Source: Naegleria gruberi (Eukaryota). Taken from it: a stretch of 64,000 bases of DNA. The stretch is taken from NCBI GenBank assembly GCA_000004985.1, contig GG738850.1, one strand, 5' to 3'. A model generated the notes under the pieces. The model was not told the origin of the DNA and ran no database searches. It worked only from the letters and a program-made list of their open reading frames with translations. The translations under genes and the position numbers were made by a program. Every line of letters starts with the position of its first letter. Position 1 is the first letter of the stretch. Positions 11,105 through 24,437 of the stretch are shown one piece after another.

Positions 11105-11288
11105 AAAATTTATTGGAAAGTATGAATTATACCTCTAAGGGTGTGTTTTCATCTTCATTTGGAGGTTCTTTATATCAATGTGCAAATAATGATGGAGATG
11201 ATAATGAATCATCAAATAGGTGGAATGACGTATAAATATTTATAATTTTAAATATATTGATTTTTTTTCAAAATAAAAATTAAAAAAA

Positions 11289-12020
11289 ATGGGAATTTTA
11301 TTTGGAAAGATGTGGGAGCGATTGTTCGGGGATGAACAAGTAAAAATTTGTATTGTTGGATTGGACAATGCAGGTAAAACAACAACTCTCTATAAATTGT
11401 ATGTTGTTTATTTGTGTGATTGTGTGGATTGAAAAATTTTGAATGATCATCGTGATGATTAAATTACTGATGATTATTTTCAATAATTTAATATTAAATA
11501 TTAAATTATTATTGTGGATATTTGTGATGATCGGAATTTAATCATCAACATTTTTAATTTACTGATGAATTATAGACATTTGGGTGAAATTGTAGAAACT
11601 CAACCAACGATCGGAAGTAATGTCGAAGAAGTCAACTATAAAAACATCAAAATGCAAATGTGGGATTTAGGAGGACAAAGTTCACTGAGAGCTAGTTGGC
11701 AAATATACTTTTCCAATTCACAAGGAATTATTCTAGTAGTTGACAGTACAGATAGAAATAGAATTTCAATTGTAAAGGAAGAATTATTCAGAATTTTGGA
11801 ATGTGCAGAATTGAAAGGAGCTTCAATTCTGGTTTTTGCAAACAAACAAGATGTTAAAGGGGCCATGACAGCAACAGAAGTGTCAAAAGCTCTCAATTTA
11901 CAAAATATCAAGAGTCATGATTGGCATATTCAATCATGTTGTGCCTTAACAGGTGATGGTCTTGGTCCTGGAATGGATTGGTTAACAGAAAGAATTTCCA
12001 GCCACAAGACATCCAAATAA
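11289..12020 (+). CDS. ARL5: ADP-ribosylation factor-like GTPase, ARL5 type; exons 11289..11398 and 11576..12020
   Basis: Exon 1 reads [37 protein letters not shown] 177-nt GTATGT...TATAG intron (11399..11575) follows. Exon 2 reads (L)[19 protein letters not shown]...WDLGGQ...NKQD...CALTGDGL. It is collinear with ARL5 ([14 protein letters not shown] / [10 protein letters not shown] / WDIGGQ / ANKQD / CALTGEGL). Confidence 0.8.
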
Positions 12021-13235
12021 TTCACTCTCAAATAATGTACATATAAAAAATAACTCTTATTTCAACAATTTATTAAAATTATTTATTAATTATAAATTAG
12101 CCGTTAAATTTTTCGCCAATTTTTTTCCACGACAAATTTTCGCCGCTGTTATTTTGGCTTATTTGTTGTTTGAGGTTTTTTGATGGTTTTTTCTTAAAGA
12201 GCGCAAAGAATCAAAGTTTCATTCCATACAATCATAAAACAAATACAACAAAACAATGTGTTATCAAACTACTTGCAGGTAAGTTGTACCAAGAGAGTAC
12301 TTGTAGTACTATTATTGCTTAGTAAATGTGGAAAAAAAACCTGGGCAGGTAAGTCATCGAGCTCGGAACAATTCGTATTGAATTAATTTTAATTTTGATG
12401 ATTTGATGATGATTTATAAATTAGGATGTGGAATGCACAAGGAAAGTGTCATGTCTCAAATTAAACCAGAAGAAAGATGTGCTTGTCCTAGAAATTAATT
12501 TACATCATCACCAGTAATAATAGATTAATTTTGAATTAATTATTACTGTTTTTACCTAGTTTTGTAAATAAAGATATGTTTTTTGAAATAAAGTAGCAGT
12601 ATATTCATCGGAATTGGTTCAATAATTAGATACTGATCCAGGGAAGATGGTTATGATGGTTTTCAATGAATACTTGCTAGTAGATTTGAACAAAGTACCA
12701 CTAAAAGAGTTGACATTCGAATAGGATTTGATTATGAAGAGGTAAATGACAAGAGATTGCTTGTTAACTGACTCTCAGTTGAATTTCTTTTCCGTCTGGA
12801 TTGGATTCTTTCGTTAATGAAAGCGGACGAAATACAGATATTGATCTAGGTGATTTGAATAATTATTCACCTGTAGTTCGAAAACACAATAAGAGTAACC
12901 TCTTAAAAAGAGCATACGTGTATCCAACGCATTACCATATCATTATCCAGTGTTTATTATCGAGAAGATAAATCAAATCCTTTGAATAGTTGTATTACGT
13001 CATTTTTTTTAAAAATTTAAAAATTTAATTAATTATCTAATTTTCATCATTTGAAAAAAATAGCATAAATATCTTCTTGTGTTATTGTTGTGTTTCCGGC
13101 GTTCATCATCACAATATTAAATCGATTCTATCAAGGCTTTTGCTCAATAAGAATCGAGTAGAATAATAATACACGGATATTTTGGATTTTTTTCAAATTC
13201 TAGAACAATTTTGATATAAACTGGTTGATCGGAGA

Positions 13236-16200
13236 ATGATCAATACAAATTTAAAAGGCAACAGCACCTCTTCGTTTGCTGAATCACCTACTGTTGCAAC
13301 AACGAGCAGTAATATGTATAATTCATCGAGAGAAATGGCTGGATTTCCTCTTCAAAAATTAGTTTTAGGAGAAGTAAATTCTCTCATTCTAGCCATGAGA
13401 AATATTCATTCAATGAGATATTCTAATAGATATAGATTTGTATGTATTGTTATTAGTTACAGCTTTGAATAATATTTTAAAAGCAATATGAAAACTTACC
13501 AAGACAAGGAGGAAATGAAAGTCCTGTCCTTGTGGGAATGAGAGCTTTACGAGAAAAAATCTGTAGTAACATTGGATGGCAATCCATGACTAGTTTGGAT
13601 ATTCTTCAACCTTTCTTTTCAATTATTAAATCGGAAGATACTGAAGGAAGAATAACATCAATGGCCTTACGATCCATTCAAAAATTATTGGAATCACCAA
13701 GTTTTATTTGTAGGTTTTATTGTTTTATAGTATTATTCTTAAGGTAAAAAAGCTCCTTTATCTAATTTAGAAGAAGCCAAGACGGCCATTCAAGAAATTG
13801 TTTCTGCTGTTCAACAATGTCAATTCGAGTTTAACTCTACTGATTCTACTTCATTGTCAGAATCGGGAGGACCTATTATTTTGGATCATTCTCTTGGAAG
13901 TGGACTTGGTTCTATAGCATCAGTTGTATCGGAGACTACACTTTTGGAATCTGTACTCATTCAAATAATTAATACATTCATGTGTTGCATTAAATGTGAA
14001 GCTGGATTTTTAATACCAGAAGAGATGATTCTTGAAATCTTAAAGAGTGTTTTGAGAATTGGAAGAGAAACAAGACCATGCACTGATTCCTTGAGAAAAA
14101 TAGCAGAAATGACAATGCAAGAAATTGTTAAAATTGTCTTTACAAGATATAAGAATATGGCTACCTCATCATCTCAGGCAGTCTATGGAGGAGAAAAGAT
14201 TTTTGAATTTATTTGCGACATGTGTGATATTTCTTCTAATACTTCAACTGAATCACCATCAACAGCAGCCATCAAATTAACTTCTCCTTCAACAGGACCT
14301 AATTCTGCTGGAGTAAATAGTATTGGTACTAGATATTTGGGAATTAGTCTTGCTTGTCATGCGATTGAGCTTATTGGAGATACCATTTCCAAAGATAAGA
14401 ATAACAAGATACTGAACATGATTTGTGATCAACTTTTTAGAGCCCTTTTGAGAAACACCAACATTTCCTATCAGACAATACTCTTTATGGCCAATGGTGA
14501 AATGATGTTCAGTCCAACTGTCCAATCTGGTATGGGGTCCTCCTCACCAATCACTTCTGCAGTTTTAATTGCTGCAAATGGTGGTAATTTACAACCAACC
14601 CATGCAAACTATGGCAATAACTTGATGCTCCTTTCTGCTGTTCTCAAATGTACCATATCCTACTTGGCAAGCTTACCTAATCTGAGATATTATTTGCATG
14701 AACAAATTGCTTCTATTCTCCTCACATTATTACAACATTTACCATCACCACAACAACAATACGGATCAAACAAGAAGAATTTTTCCAATTCTCCAATTTT
14801 AGGAAGTAATAGTAATATTTTCCTTCCATTCGAATTACAAGAATTAATTTTGGAATATTTGGTAGAAGTTTGTAGAGATTCAAACTTTATTACCTTCTTG
14901 TATAGAAACTATGATTGTTATGGATGCTTTGTAAAAAATAAGGATAACTTTATCGTCAATGTAAATACTATACCGAACCTTTTCGAACACATTTACCTCT
15001 ATTTGAATAGTTATATTGGACTAAACTCAAATTCAAACTCATCAAACAATAGCCAAAATAACTTCCATAATAGTGCTTCTATGGGAAATACATCAAGCCA
15101 ATTCAATAACTTTTCCAATCCTTCCTCATCTGGCTCTGGTAATTTGCATACTTTGCACGTGTTGGCATGGGTTGGCCTTTTGAGTGTTGTAAGGTGTCTT
15201 GCCGAACGATGCCAAGAACAACAAGAAAGTAGACAAACTTTGGACATGCAAATTGTTCACACTAAAATGTCAGAATTGAAAACTTTCAAAAAACAAAAGC
15301 ACAAGTATATGGAAATTGTTGCCCTTTTCAATAGTAGTCCACAAGAAGCCATAACACAATTATTGCAATTACACAATATTAGCATTCCAAAAGATTTGAC
15401 TCAATTCATCAAGAGTGACAGCTCAAACGAACAAGAAAGCACAACTGTCGACTGGAATGAGGCTATAGTTTTATTGCAAAGAGCTGCTGAAAAAATTTCT
15501 AAATTCCTTCTCGACTATAATATGTGGCTAGATAAGCAAAAAATTGTTGATTACTTTAATAGCTTCTCTTCTCCACCTAGTACAGTAGTGGATATTAAAG
15601 TAAATATGGGATCCATAGTAATACCAGAAGATCAACTCAATCACAACACTTATCTGATTCCAATTTTGAGTAAGACAAGAAAAGACCATCTCAGAAATGC
15701 CCTTCCTTTGGAAGTAATGAGACAATTTATGGATGGGTTTGATTTTTATGGAATGAGAATGGAAGAATGTATGAGATATTTCATTAATAGATGTAAGATT
15801 TCAGGAGAAGGACAACAAGTAGAAAGAATCATTAAACTCCTCGGTGAAAGTTACTACAGAGACAACAATACCCACTTTGCTTTGGAGAGAAATGATTCAA
15901 GCAAAAATCGTACCATACCAGCCATTCCTTACATTGACAATGGAGAACAAGCTTGGATTTTAGCTGTAGCTTTAATGCTCTTACACACAGATCTTCACCA
16001 TCAAAACAATAGAAACAGAATGAATTTGGCCGATTTTATGAAAACCATTGGATATCACGATGAGTTAAAGGGTATTCCTCAAGAAGAACTTCACAAAGTC
16101 TATCACTACTTATTGGCTAATGAATTTGAAGTCATGACAGGAATGACCGATGCCTACAAGACTGAAGCAATTTGGAAAGAAGTTATTGTTGACAAATCCT

Positions 16201-19200
16201 TTGCATATTATGATGAACATTTGAGTAACAAATCAGAAACCTCTGAAAATATCATTTCCTATGTTTATGATATGGACATGTTCCAAAGTATGTTTGGTCA
16301 TGTAATTCTTGCAACTACGACCATATTGGAACATACTGACGATATACAATTACTTGAATTGGCAATTAGAGGATTTTTGGATAGTGCTCGTGTTGCTGCA
16401 AGCTATCACTTGCATCATGTTTTTGATAACTTGGTCATTACTCTCTGCAAATTTACCACACTTATGGACGGTGTAACTCCACCTTCCATCTCTGCTGTTA
16501 GCTGTCCGAATACAAGTGAAAATACCACTTCACCACCAACATGGCCTCTCAATGCCAGTACTGCAACCTCAATTATGACTCATGATGGTGTTGTTATTTC
16601 AACAGTTAACAGTTCTGATCCTAACAGTTCAGCTTCTTCACCTTCTACAGCTCAAAGCTCTATTTCATCTAACAATAAGGGTGATGTTTCTCGTAACGAT
16701 AAGAATAGATCAATTCTCATGTTTGGCCACAATGAAAAGGCTAAATTAGCTTGTCGTACCGTGTTTGCCATCACTAGAAAATATGGTGATAATCTCAGAG
16801 AAGGTTGGAAGAATATTTTAGATCTTATCTGTAGAATGAGAGAATTGGAACTTTTACCAGAATCTATTGTTGAATCAAGACTTGTTCGTCAATTAAGAGA
16901 ATTCCAATTCCCATCTTCTAGTGCTGATTCTGCTAAACTTTCCTCTCCAAGAAAGGATAGTAATGATTCAACCATTTCCAGTGTTGCAACCAATCAACTT
17001 TTAACATCTGGTTCTTCCCTTTATAATCAAGTTATATCCAGTCTTTCAAAGAGTAGTACCAAGAAATCCAAGCCAAAATCTCAAAATGGAAGCAATGCTC
17101 CAATGAAGAGTGCAACATTCTCACTTCTCTCAACCATGTTTGGCGGCTTTTATGGCAGTGCTGACGACTCGAATAATGAAAAGAAGAAGAACTTGGACGA
17201 GGAATCTGATGATGAGGAAGAATATGAACAAGGACATGTCTCACAAAACTCTGAGGATGCCCACTTCTCTATTGAAATTAAACATGCTCTCGATGAATCA
17301 AGAAAGTGCATTGAACAATGTCGTATTGTAGAGTTATTAATGATGGATGCCAAGGAATTGAGTGGCAATTCATTGGAATACTTGTTGAGTGCCCTCATCA
17401 GAAATGGTAAGCCAGCAGGTATTTTAATGACCATGCACATTCCTGCTCCTCACTTGTTCACATTGAAAACAACCAAACAACAACAAAATGCAACTACCTC
17501 AACCTATTACTATTATGAAAGAGACTTAGATACTTCCCTCTTCTGTTTGGATTTATTGTGTGATGTTTTGATTAATAATAATTTGAATAGAAATACTGGT
17601 TGCGAAAGATTGAAACTTATTTGGAATTATGTTTACAGCCACGTTTACAAATTAATGATTTCCATTTTGCAATTATACCAACCAATCAGCACCATTCAAT
17701 CCATTTACCAAGTTAATAATGGACCTAATAGTGCTCCACCATCTGTAGGTTCATCCAATCCTTTCGGTACTAGTTCTGGTAGCGATAGAAACAGCCCACT
17801 CCCAGTAACAAATAATCAACCACTCAGAACAAGAATGACCAAGCAACATTACCACGTCTTGCAAAGATGTTTGACTTGTATTTGGAGATTGTGTATGGAT
17901 CTTTCTACACCATCTACCCAATTCAATAGTGTTGAAAATCAAGCAGAATGGGAGATTGTTCAAAAAGAAATGCTCTCTGTCCTTATTGATAACCTTGGTA
18001 AGCAATGGAGTGAAACTATGTTGGGTGTTTTCCATAATAGTTTACTTCCTATGATTCACATGTTCTTGTCGAGACAAGGTGAAACTCTACTCTCACCAAT
18101 GGCTACCAAATTCATTCAAGATCGTACAAATGCTACCAATCTTAATCCTTCCACAATATTTACTGATAGCTCATCAAGACTCATTGTAGATTTGTGGGAT
18201 CATTTAGTTTTCAAGATTTTGAGAAGTATTTCCAACGTTTCCTCCTCATGGATAAATAATAATCCTAATAGCTCACTCTTCACATCCATCAAACCTTCAC
18301 AACAATTACAATTAATTACCAGATCATTAGATGTACTTACTCTCAGTTTACAATACTCTACATTACAGGATGATACTACTCATTTCGGGTTATGGTTTGT
18401 TGTTCCTGATAATATCCCAACATTTGTCCAAAGTATCTTGTCCGTTTTGAGTTCTTCCATTACAACAAATGTAAATATTCAAAACACCTCCAATGGAAGC
18501 AATAGCTCCCAACAATTTGTATCCACCCTTAAAAAGCTTATGGCTCTCACAATGGACATTTTAATCATTTTGGAAAATTTGGTTATGGAAATTTTGAAGA
18601 GAATTGTATCCATTGCCTATTCATCTGCTAACTCATCCCAAAACGTCATCAAATTGGATAACAAGTGGATCAATGCTTGGCTTTCAATTCTTGAAGGTAT
18701 AGCAGTATTGTGTTGCACTGGTGGCATTAACACTAGTGGACCGGTCAATGTTCTGAACTTACTAATGTCACAATTGAATAATAGTCAAATTCAAATGTTG
18801 AGCCACCTCCAAAGAGATATTAGAACCCAAGCACTTTCAACCTTACAAAGATCTCTTGTTTATAGTTGTGATTTCAGATATTCATTCACTGCCAACCAAG
18901 AAGACTCACAAAATCTAAAATATCTCCTCAATGATCAACTCTTAATGATGTGTATGGATCGTGTATTGCTCAAGACATTTTTCCAAACTCTTCTCACACT
19001 CAAACCAAAGACAACTGAATATCAAACCAATCACAATACAGAAATGGATATTTCCTCTTTAGAAGAGCTTAGGGTCAGAGCCAACAACTTACTTGCTAGA
19101 ATATTCCTGCACTTTTTACCAAGAATGTTCCCTGTGAATAATACTGAAAGTCAACAAGATAATGGTTTCTCTTCATTGTGGCTCACCATTCTTCAAGTTA

Positions 19201-19577
19201 TGTACAACTTTTTACTCGTCAAACCAAAGAGTGATCATTTGAGGGAGGCTCTTCCAGAATTGTTGAAGAATATGATACTTGTAATGAATAATATTGAAGT
19301 ATTCAGACTTTCTCCAAAGTTGTGGGAGTTAACAGAGAAGGAACTTTCTCAATCTATTCCAACCCTTTTGGAAGATGTCAAACCCAGGATAATCAATACC
19401 ATGACACAACCTGCTGCTAACACTAACATTACAACACCTGTTGATAGTAGTGCCACAAGCAGTTCACAATCCAATGCAACTGCAAATTATACAACTGAAT
19501 CAACAGCCACCACAGCTGTTGCACAAGATGATAACCCAACAACATCAACCGAAACACCATTTAATTCACAACAATAA
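13236..19577 (+). CDS. Sec7-domain ArfGEF of the GBF1/Gea family (about 2050 aa); exons 13236..13439, 13484..13709, 13744..19577
   Basis: Exon 1 (...LVLGEVNSLILAMRNIHSMRYSNRYRF) and exon 2 (...FFSIIKSEDTEGRITSMALRSIQKLLES) match the GBF1 N-terminal DCB region (IIQGEINIVVGAIKRNARW / FLEVIRSEDTTGPITGLALTSVNKFL). Tiny introns of 44 nt (GTATGT..AAAAG) and 34 nt (GTAGGT..TTAAG) keep the phase. The large exon carries the Sec7 core (...CKISGEGQQVERIIKLLGESYY, a FRLPGEAQKIDR-type motif). The 34-nt intron call is the least certain. Confidence 0.65.
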
Positions 19578-19703
19578 AAGGAGTTCACACCTTAGGATAG
19601 AATGGGCAGAGATTTATAAATTGAGTAAAAAAAAAGAGTAGAATCTTAACAGTTATTATAATGAGTGTGAGGCAGAGTCTGGCCAAATCCTTTTTTTTGG
19701 ATT

Positions 19704-21323
19704 TTACTTAAACATCTGTTGGTTATGAATACTAAGTGATTTTAATTGTTTCATTTCACTTATTGATTTGACTCCTTCACCACCAATTTCATTGTAACAT
19801 ATATCAAGTGATGTTAATTGTTTCATTTCACTTATGAATTTGGATCCTTCAGCACCAATTCGATTCTTAGATATATTAAGTGATGTTAATTGTTTCATTT
19901 CACTTATTGATTTGACTCCTTCATCACCAATTCCATTTCCACCAATATTAAGTGATATTAATTGTTTCATTTCACTTATAAATTTGACTCCTTTATCACC
20001 AATTTCATTGTAACATATATTAAGTGATTTTAATTGTTTCATTTCACTTATTGATTTGACTCCTTCAACACCAATTTGATTGTTATAAATATAAAGTGAT
20101 GTTAATTGTTTCATTTCACTTATTGATTTGACTCCTTCAACACCAATTTCATTGTTATAAATATTAAGTGATGTTAACTGTTTCATTTCACTTATATATT
20201 TGGATCCTTCATCACCAATTTCATTTCCACCAATATCAAGTAATTTTAATTGTTTCATTTCACTTATAAATTTGGCTCCTTCATCACCAATTCCATTTCC
20301 ACTAATATCAAGTGATGTTAATTGTTTCATTTCACTTATTGATTTGACTCCTTTATCACCAATTCCATTTCCACTAATATCAAGTGATGTTAACTGTTTC
20401 ATTTCACTTATTGATTTGGCTCCTTCATCACCAATTCGATTGTTATAAATACTAAGTGATGTTAATTGTTTCATTTCACTTATTGATTTGACTCCTTCAT
20501 CACCAATTCGATTTTCACCAATATTAAGTGATGTTAACTGTTTCATTTCACTTATATATTTGGATCCTTCATCACCAATTTCATTTCCACCAATATCAAG
20601 TAATTTTAATTGTTTCATTTCACTTATAAATTTGACTCCTTTATCACCAATTCCATTTCCACTAATATCAAGTGATGTTAACTGTTTCATTTCACTTATT
20701 GATTTGGCTCCTTCAACACCAATTTCATTGTTATTAATACTAAGTGATGTTAATTGTTTCATTTCACTTATTGATTTGGCTCCTTCATCACCAATTCGAT
20801 TGTTATCAATATTAAGTGATGTTAATTGTTTCATTTCACTTATATATTTGGATCCTTCATCACCAATTTCATTTCCACCAATATCAAGTGATGTTAATTG
20901 TTTCATTTCACTTATGAATTTGGCTCCTTCAGCACCAATTCGACTGTAACATATATCAAGTGATGTTAATTGTTTCATTTCACTTATTGATTTGGCTCCT
21001 TCATCACCAATTTGATTTTCACCAATATCAAGTAATTTTAATTGTTTCATTTCAGTTATGAATTTTACTTGTTTAGAGTCAAGCAACCTTCTCGAAAATT
21101 TAAGATGAACAATACTATTCATAAATTGACTTTTCATGAATAATTCAATTCTTGTTTCTGTAAATTTTTGATTAAATTGAATAACAAGTTTTGAACGTTC
21201 CTTGATTACATTAAACCATTGTTTTGAAATCAATGAACAATTATTTAAAATAAACCACGCATCATCGAGCATGCAAATTATTTCAAAACAAACATCATCT
21301 GAAAATATTTCCCTCTCCTCCAT
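19704..21323 (-). CDS. F-box / leucine-rich-repeat protein with RI-type 24-aa LRRs (539 aa)
   Basis: ATG at 21323-21321. N-terminal F-box-like REIFSDDVCFEIICMLDDAWFILNNCSLISKQWFNVIKE. Then about 20 tandem 24-residue units (..SEMKQLTSLDIxxNxIGDEGAKxI..). It is a paralog of the + strand gene at 36031; the N-terminal 100 aa are about 90% identical. Confidence 0.8.
   Translation of the reverse strand: MEEREIFSDDVCFEIICMLDDAWFILNNCSLISKQWFNVIKERSKLVIQFNQKFTETRIELFMKSQFMNSIVHLKFSRRLLDSKQVKFITEMKQLKLLDIGENQIGDEGAKSISEMKQLTSLDICYSRIGAEGAKFISEMKQLTSLDIGGNEIGDEGSKYISEMKQLTSLNIDNNRIGDEGAKSISEMKQLTSLSINNNEIGVEGAKSISEMKQLTSLDISGNGIGDKGVKFISEMKQLKLLDIGGNEIGDEGSKYISEMKQLTSLNIGENRIGDEGVKSISEMKQLTSLSIYNNRIGDEGAKSISEMKQLTSLDISGNGIGDKGVKSISEMKQLTSLDISGNGIGDEGAKFISEMKQLKLLDIGGNEIGDEGSKYISEMKQLTSLNIYNNEIGVEGVKSISEMKQLTSLYIYNNQIGVEGVKSISEMKQLKSLNICYNEIGDKGVKFISEMKQLISLNIGGNGIGDEGVKSISEMKQLTSLNISKNRIGAEGSKFISEMKQLTSLDICYNEIGGEGVKSISEMKQLKSLSIHNQQMFK
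19720..21060 (-). repeat. tandem array of about 18-20 near-identical 72-bp units (coding LRR repeats)
   Basis: The string gatgttaattgtttcatttcacttat(t/a)gatttg(a/g)ctccttc recurs every 72 bp with only a few substitutions per unit. Confidence 0.85.
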
Positions 21324-21557
21324 ATGTATTACTATTGATCACAATTATTTTAATAATATTATTATTATTATTAGTATTCTTATTTGATAGTTTGTTGCTT
21401 TTAGACTTGACACCTTCTTGATATTTGCTTTTAAATATTTTTTTTAATGAAACAAAACTAATCAATGGATTGGATGATGTGAAGTTGGCAGCTAACTTAC
21501 GACGTTTGATGCTAACTTTACAACAAAAGAAAGACTAATAATTTATTGAGTGCTAAT

Positions 21558-24437
21558 TTACAATGTTTGTGGTGGATACTTTTCAGTAAGATAGGTATTG
21601 ATAGCAGGTAAATGTTTAGAAAGGAATTTGGCATTCTTTTCAATAGCTTCCAAAGTATTCGAATAATGCTTCATGCTCAATTTTTCAATATTTGGAGCAA
21701 AAAATTGAATCAATTCATCCCTTTCAAAGATATTAGTGAATAGAGAACCAACCCCATATACTAATCTATTACTGACTTGATCTTGTCCGCATTTTGAGAG
21801 AATGGCATCATATCTAGTTCTGACAAAATTCCAAGCAACGTTTGGTCCACTTGGTACATTTCTTGCAACTTCTCTAATAAGGAAGATACTATCTTGTGGC
21901 TTAACATGTGGAGAAAGGGCCAAATCCAAAGTCGTTTGCAAGAGTGGAATTTGTTGAGTGTATGCAAGTGCATACATTAACTTGGTTCTTTCCACAGAAT
22001 CTTGCTCAGCTTTGAATTGATTCAAAATTTGATAATATTCACGTTCTCCACCATTAGAAACAACAGCTCTATAAACAGCATTACGAAGAATTGGAGGAAT
22101 AATGGTTGAGTTTCTTTCTTGATAACGTTTAAAGGCTTCAGTGACACATTCAGTGAGACCAAAACGACAGGCCAAATTGAGAACAAATGGACGTAACTCA
22201 TCAAGATTTTCCTCATCTTCATCTGCTCCTGGTACATTGGTCCATCCAATTGATTCATACTTGTTTTTAACCAAATCTTTTACCATTCTAGAGAATGAGT
22301 TTGAAACACTTTCGGCGGCCAACAATTGATGAAGTTTGAGAATGGATTGATACATATTTTCCCACAAAATACTAGTGTCATCATTCTTCAAAGCAAGAAG
22401 CATTTCAAACATTAAAGAGGAATCAATATTTTCAACAGTTGATGTGGCAATAGAAAAAATGTCATTGAAAAGATCAAATCTATCCTCAGTGTCAAAATCT
22501 TCAATCTTGGCAATTAAATTCTTCCACATCTTGGTTGAGTAATTGACACGGTAGAAACCAGTCTTGTGATAGTTAAACTTGTAAACCTTATCAGTAATCT
22601 TCAATGATGGAACCTTACTGGACATTTCAACCTTTTTAACATCTCCATCAGCAGAGGTTACATATGTTAATGGAATCCACCATGTTGAATTTTTAAATTG
22701 GTCAACTTGTGTTGCATTTGCATATGAAAAGAATCTGTTTTGTGAGAGAGAAATAGTGCCATCAGCATTTTCATTGACTTGAACGATTGGCATACCTGGT
22801 TGATGTAACCATGTACCAAAGTTGGTAGCAGTTTCTTGAACATTTTGTACAGGAAGAAGTTCCAATAATTGCTTAGTTTCAGCATTTTGATTCTTGTACT
22901 TGGCAAAGTAGGAACGAATCCATTGCACGAACTTGTCTTCTCCCAAATAATTGAAGAACATACTCAATACAGCACCACCCTTGTCGTAGGTAATGGAATT
23001 GAACAAGGAATCAATTTCATCCTTAGATTGAATCTTGTCATATAATCTCACAATAGGATCAGCACTTGGAACAGAATCAGCATCAGCAGCATAAATAACA
23101 CTATTGGTGAGCTTTTTCAAACCTCTCTTCCAATCAGGATAGGTCTTATCCAAGGCGTATGTTTCCATGAATGTGGCAAAACCTTCATTCAACCAGAGGT
23201 GAGTCCAAAATGCACAAGTGATAATATTTCCATTGAATTGGTGAGAAATTTCATGACTCACAACTTCAATACCATTTTCCTTATCGAGTTGTGAAGCTGT
23301 AGCATTATCGAAAATAATATAAGTTTCACGATAGGTAATTAATCCAAAATTTTCCATAGCACCACTTGCAAAGGATGGAATTGAAATGTGATCCATCTTG
23401 TTAATTGGGTATTCAACTTGATAGAGATCTTGGAAGAATTTGGTGACCTTGATGGAAGCTTCAAGAGCAGCTCTACCTTGTTCTGATTTACCAACAGGTG
23501 TATAAATTCTATGTCTAATCTTTCCATCAGTTTTTTCAATATAATCATATTGTCCAATAATGAAAGCAATCAAATAGGTAGACATGAGTGGAGTCTTGTC
23601 AAATTTAACTTTAACTCTTCCATCAGGGAGGTTTGTTCTTTCAATTTCATCAGTGTTAAATAAAACTCTTGTTTTTTCATCCTTCAATTTTGTGGTAATT
23701 GTCATTTGATAGGTAGCTTTGAATTTTGGTTCATCAAATAAAGGAATAGCAGCTCTACCATCTTCACTTTCAAATTGAGTTGACAATACAGTAGATCCAT
23801 CTGCTGCCTTACTAGAATAAAATCCTCTCATATCAGTTCTAATTGGAGCTTGATATTCAATTCTCAAAATATAAAAAGCTCCCTTTTCAAGATTATTCTT
23901 TGTATGAACTTGAATCTTTCTATACTTTTCCAAAACTGCAGTTGAAAATCCACTTAATACTACTTCTGAAGATGTCTTTTCACTCTTAATAGAAATACCT
24001 GCTAATTTACCATCTACTGCTGGAAGAACACCATTTTTAGCATGTTGCTTCTTTTGATCTTCTGTTGCTTTGATAATTGCCACGAATTGCATTTCCTCAG
24101 CACTCAACTCTACAACATTAGTTTCTGTAGTAACTTCCAATCTAATAGAAACCACTCCATTAAAAGTAGTAGCACCATCCAACAATGCTTCAATTTCAAT
24201 ATCATAATGACGAGGAAGAATAGTATCGGGTAATCTGTATGGATAAGTCTTTACACCATCATCTTCTATAACTCCATCCCATCCACGAATTAAATAGGTT
24301 GCCCAAATGGTTACACCAGCCACAATTATAGTCAGGATGGCCACCACTACAATGGAAATAATGGTCAATCTCCTCTTCTCTGCTACATTTTCCTGTCCAA
24401 TACGAGTCGCATCGTGATGACCCGAAGAACTCAACAT
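21558..24437 (-). CDS. membrane-anchored M1-family aminopeptidase N (959 aa)
   Basis: ATG at 24437. An N-terminal TM segment (IISIVVVAILTIIVAGVTIWATYLI) suggests a type II topology. GAMENFGL exopeptidase motif. Zinc motif VVSHEISHQFNGN...WLNEGFATFME (HExxH-x18-E). Single exon. Confidence 0.88.
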   Translation of the reverse strand: MLSSSGHHDATRIGQENVAEKRRLTIISIVVVAILTIIVAGVTIWATYLIRGWDGVIEDDGVKTYPYRLPDTILPRHYDIEIEALLDGATTFNGVVSIRLEVTTETNVVELSAEEMQFVAIIKATEDQKKQHAKNGVLPAVDGKLAGISIKSEKTSSEVVLSGFSTAVLEKYRKIQVHTKNNLEKGAFYILRIEYQAPIRTDMRGFYSSKAADGSTVLSTQFESEDGRAAIPLFDEPKFKATYQMTITTKLKDEKTRVLFNTDEIERTNLPDGRVKVKFDKTPLMSTYLIAFIIGQYDYIEKTDGKIRHRIYTPVGKSEQGRAALEASIKVTKFFQDLYQVEYPINKMDHISIPSFASGAMENFGLITYRETYIIFDNATASQLDKENGIEVVSHEISHQFNGNIITCAFWTHLWLNEGFATFMETYALDKTYPDWKRGLKKLTNSVIYAADADSVPSADPIVRLYDKIQSKDEIDSLFNSITYDKGGAVLSMFFNYLGEDKFVQWIRSYFAKYKNQNAETKQLLELLPVQNVQETATNFGTWLHQPGMPIVQVNENADGTISLSQNRFFSYANATQVDQFKNSTWWIPLTYVTSADGDVKKVEMSSKVPSLKITDKVYKFNYHKTGFYRVNYSTKMWKNLIAKIEDFDTEDRFDLFNDIFSIATSTVENIDSSLMFEMLLALKNDDTSILWENMYQSILKLHQLLAAESVSNSFSRMVKDLVKNKYESIGWTNVPGADEDEENLDELRPFVLNLACRFGLTECVTEAFKRYQERNSTIIPPILRNAVYRAVVSNGGEREYYQILNQFKAEQDSVERTKLMYALAYTQQIPLLQTTLDLALSPHVKPQDSIFLIREVARNVPSGPNVAWNFVRTRYDAILSKCGQDQVSNRLVYGVGSLFTNIFERDELIQFFAPNIEKLSMKHYSNTLEAIEKNAKFLSKHLPAINTYLTEKYPPQTL

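Noticed and set aside
20200-20949. Plus-strand ORFs 20200..20448 and 20488..20949, and the small ORFs 21202..21387 and 36021..36251
   Set aside because: They are antisense read-through of the 72-bp LRR tandem arrays or of the F-box N-terminal regions. Their repetitive 'protein' sequences simply mirror the sense-strand repeats.
19720-21060. Regular 72-bp tandem arrays might be mistaken for CRISPR-like or satellite arrays
   Set aside because: The units are contiguous with no spacers. They lie in frame inside long ORFs and encode canonical LRR units. The whole window is eukaryotic.
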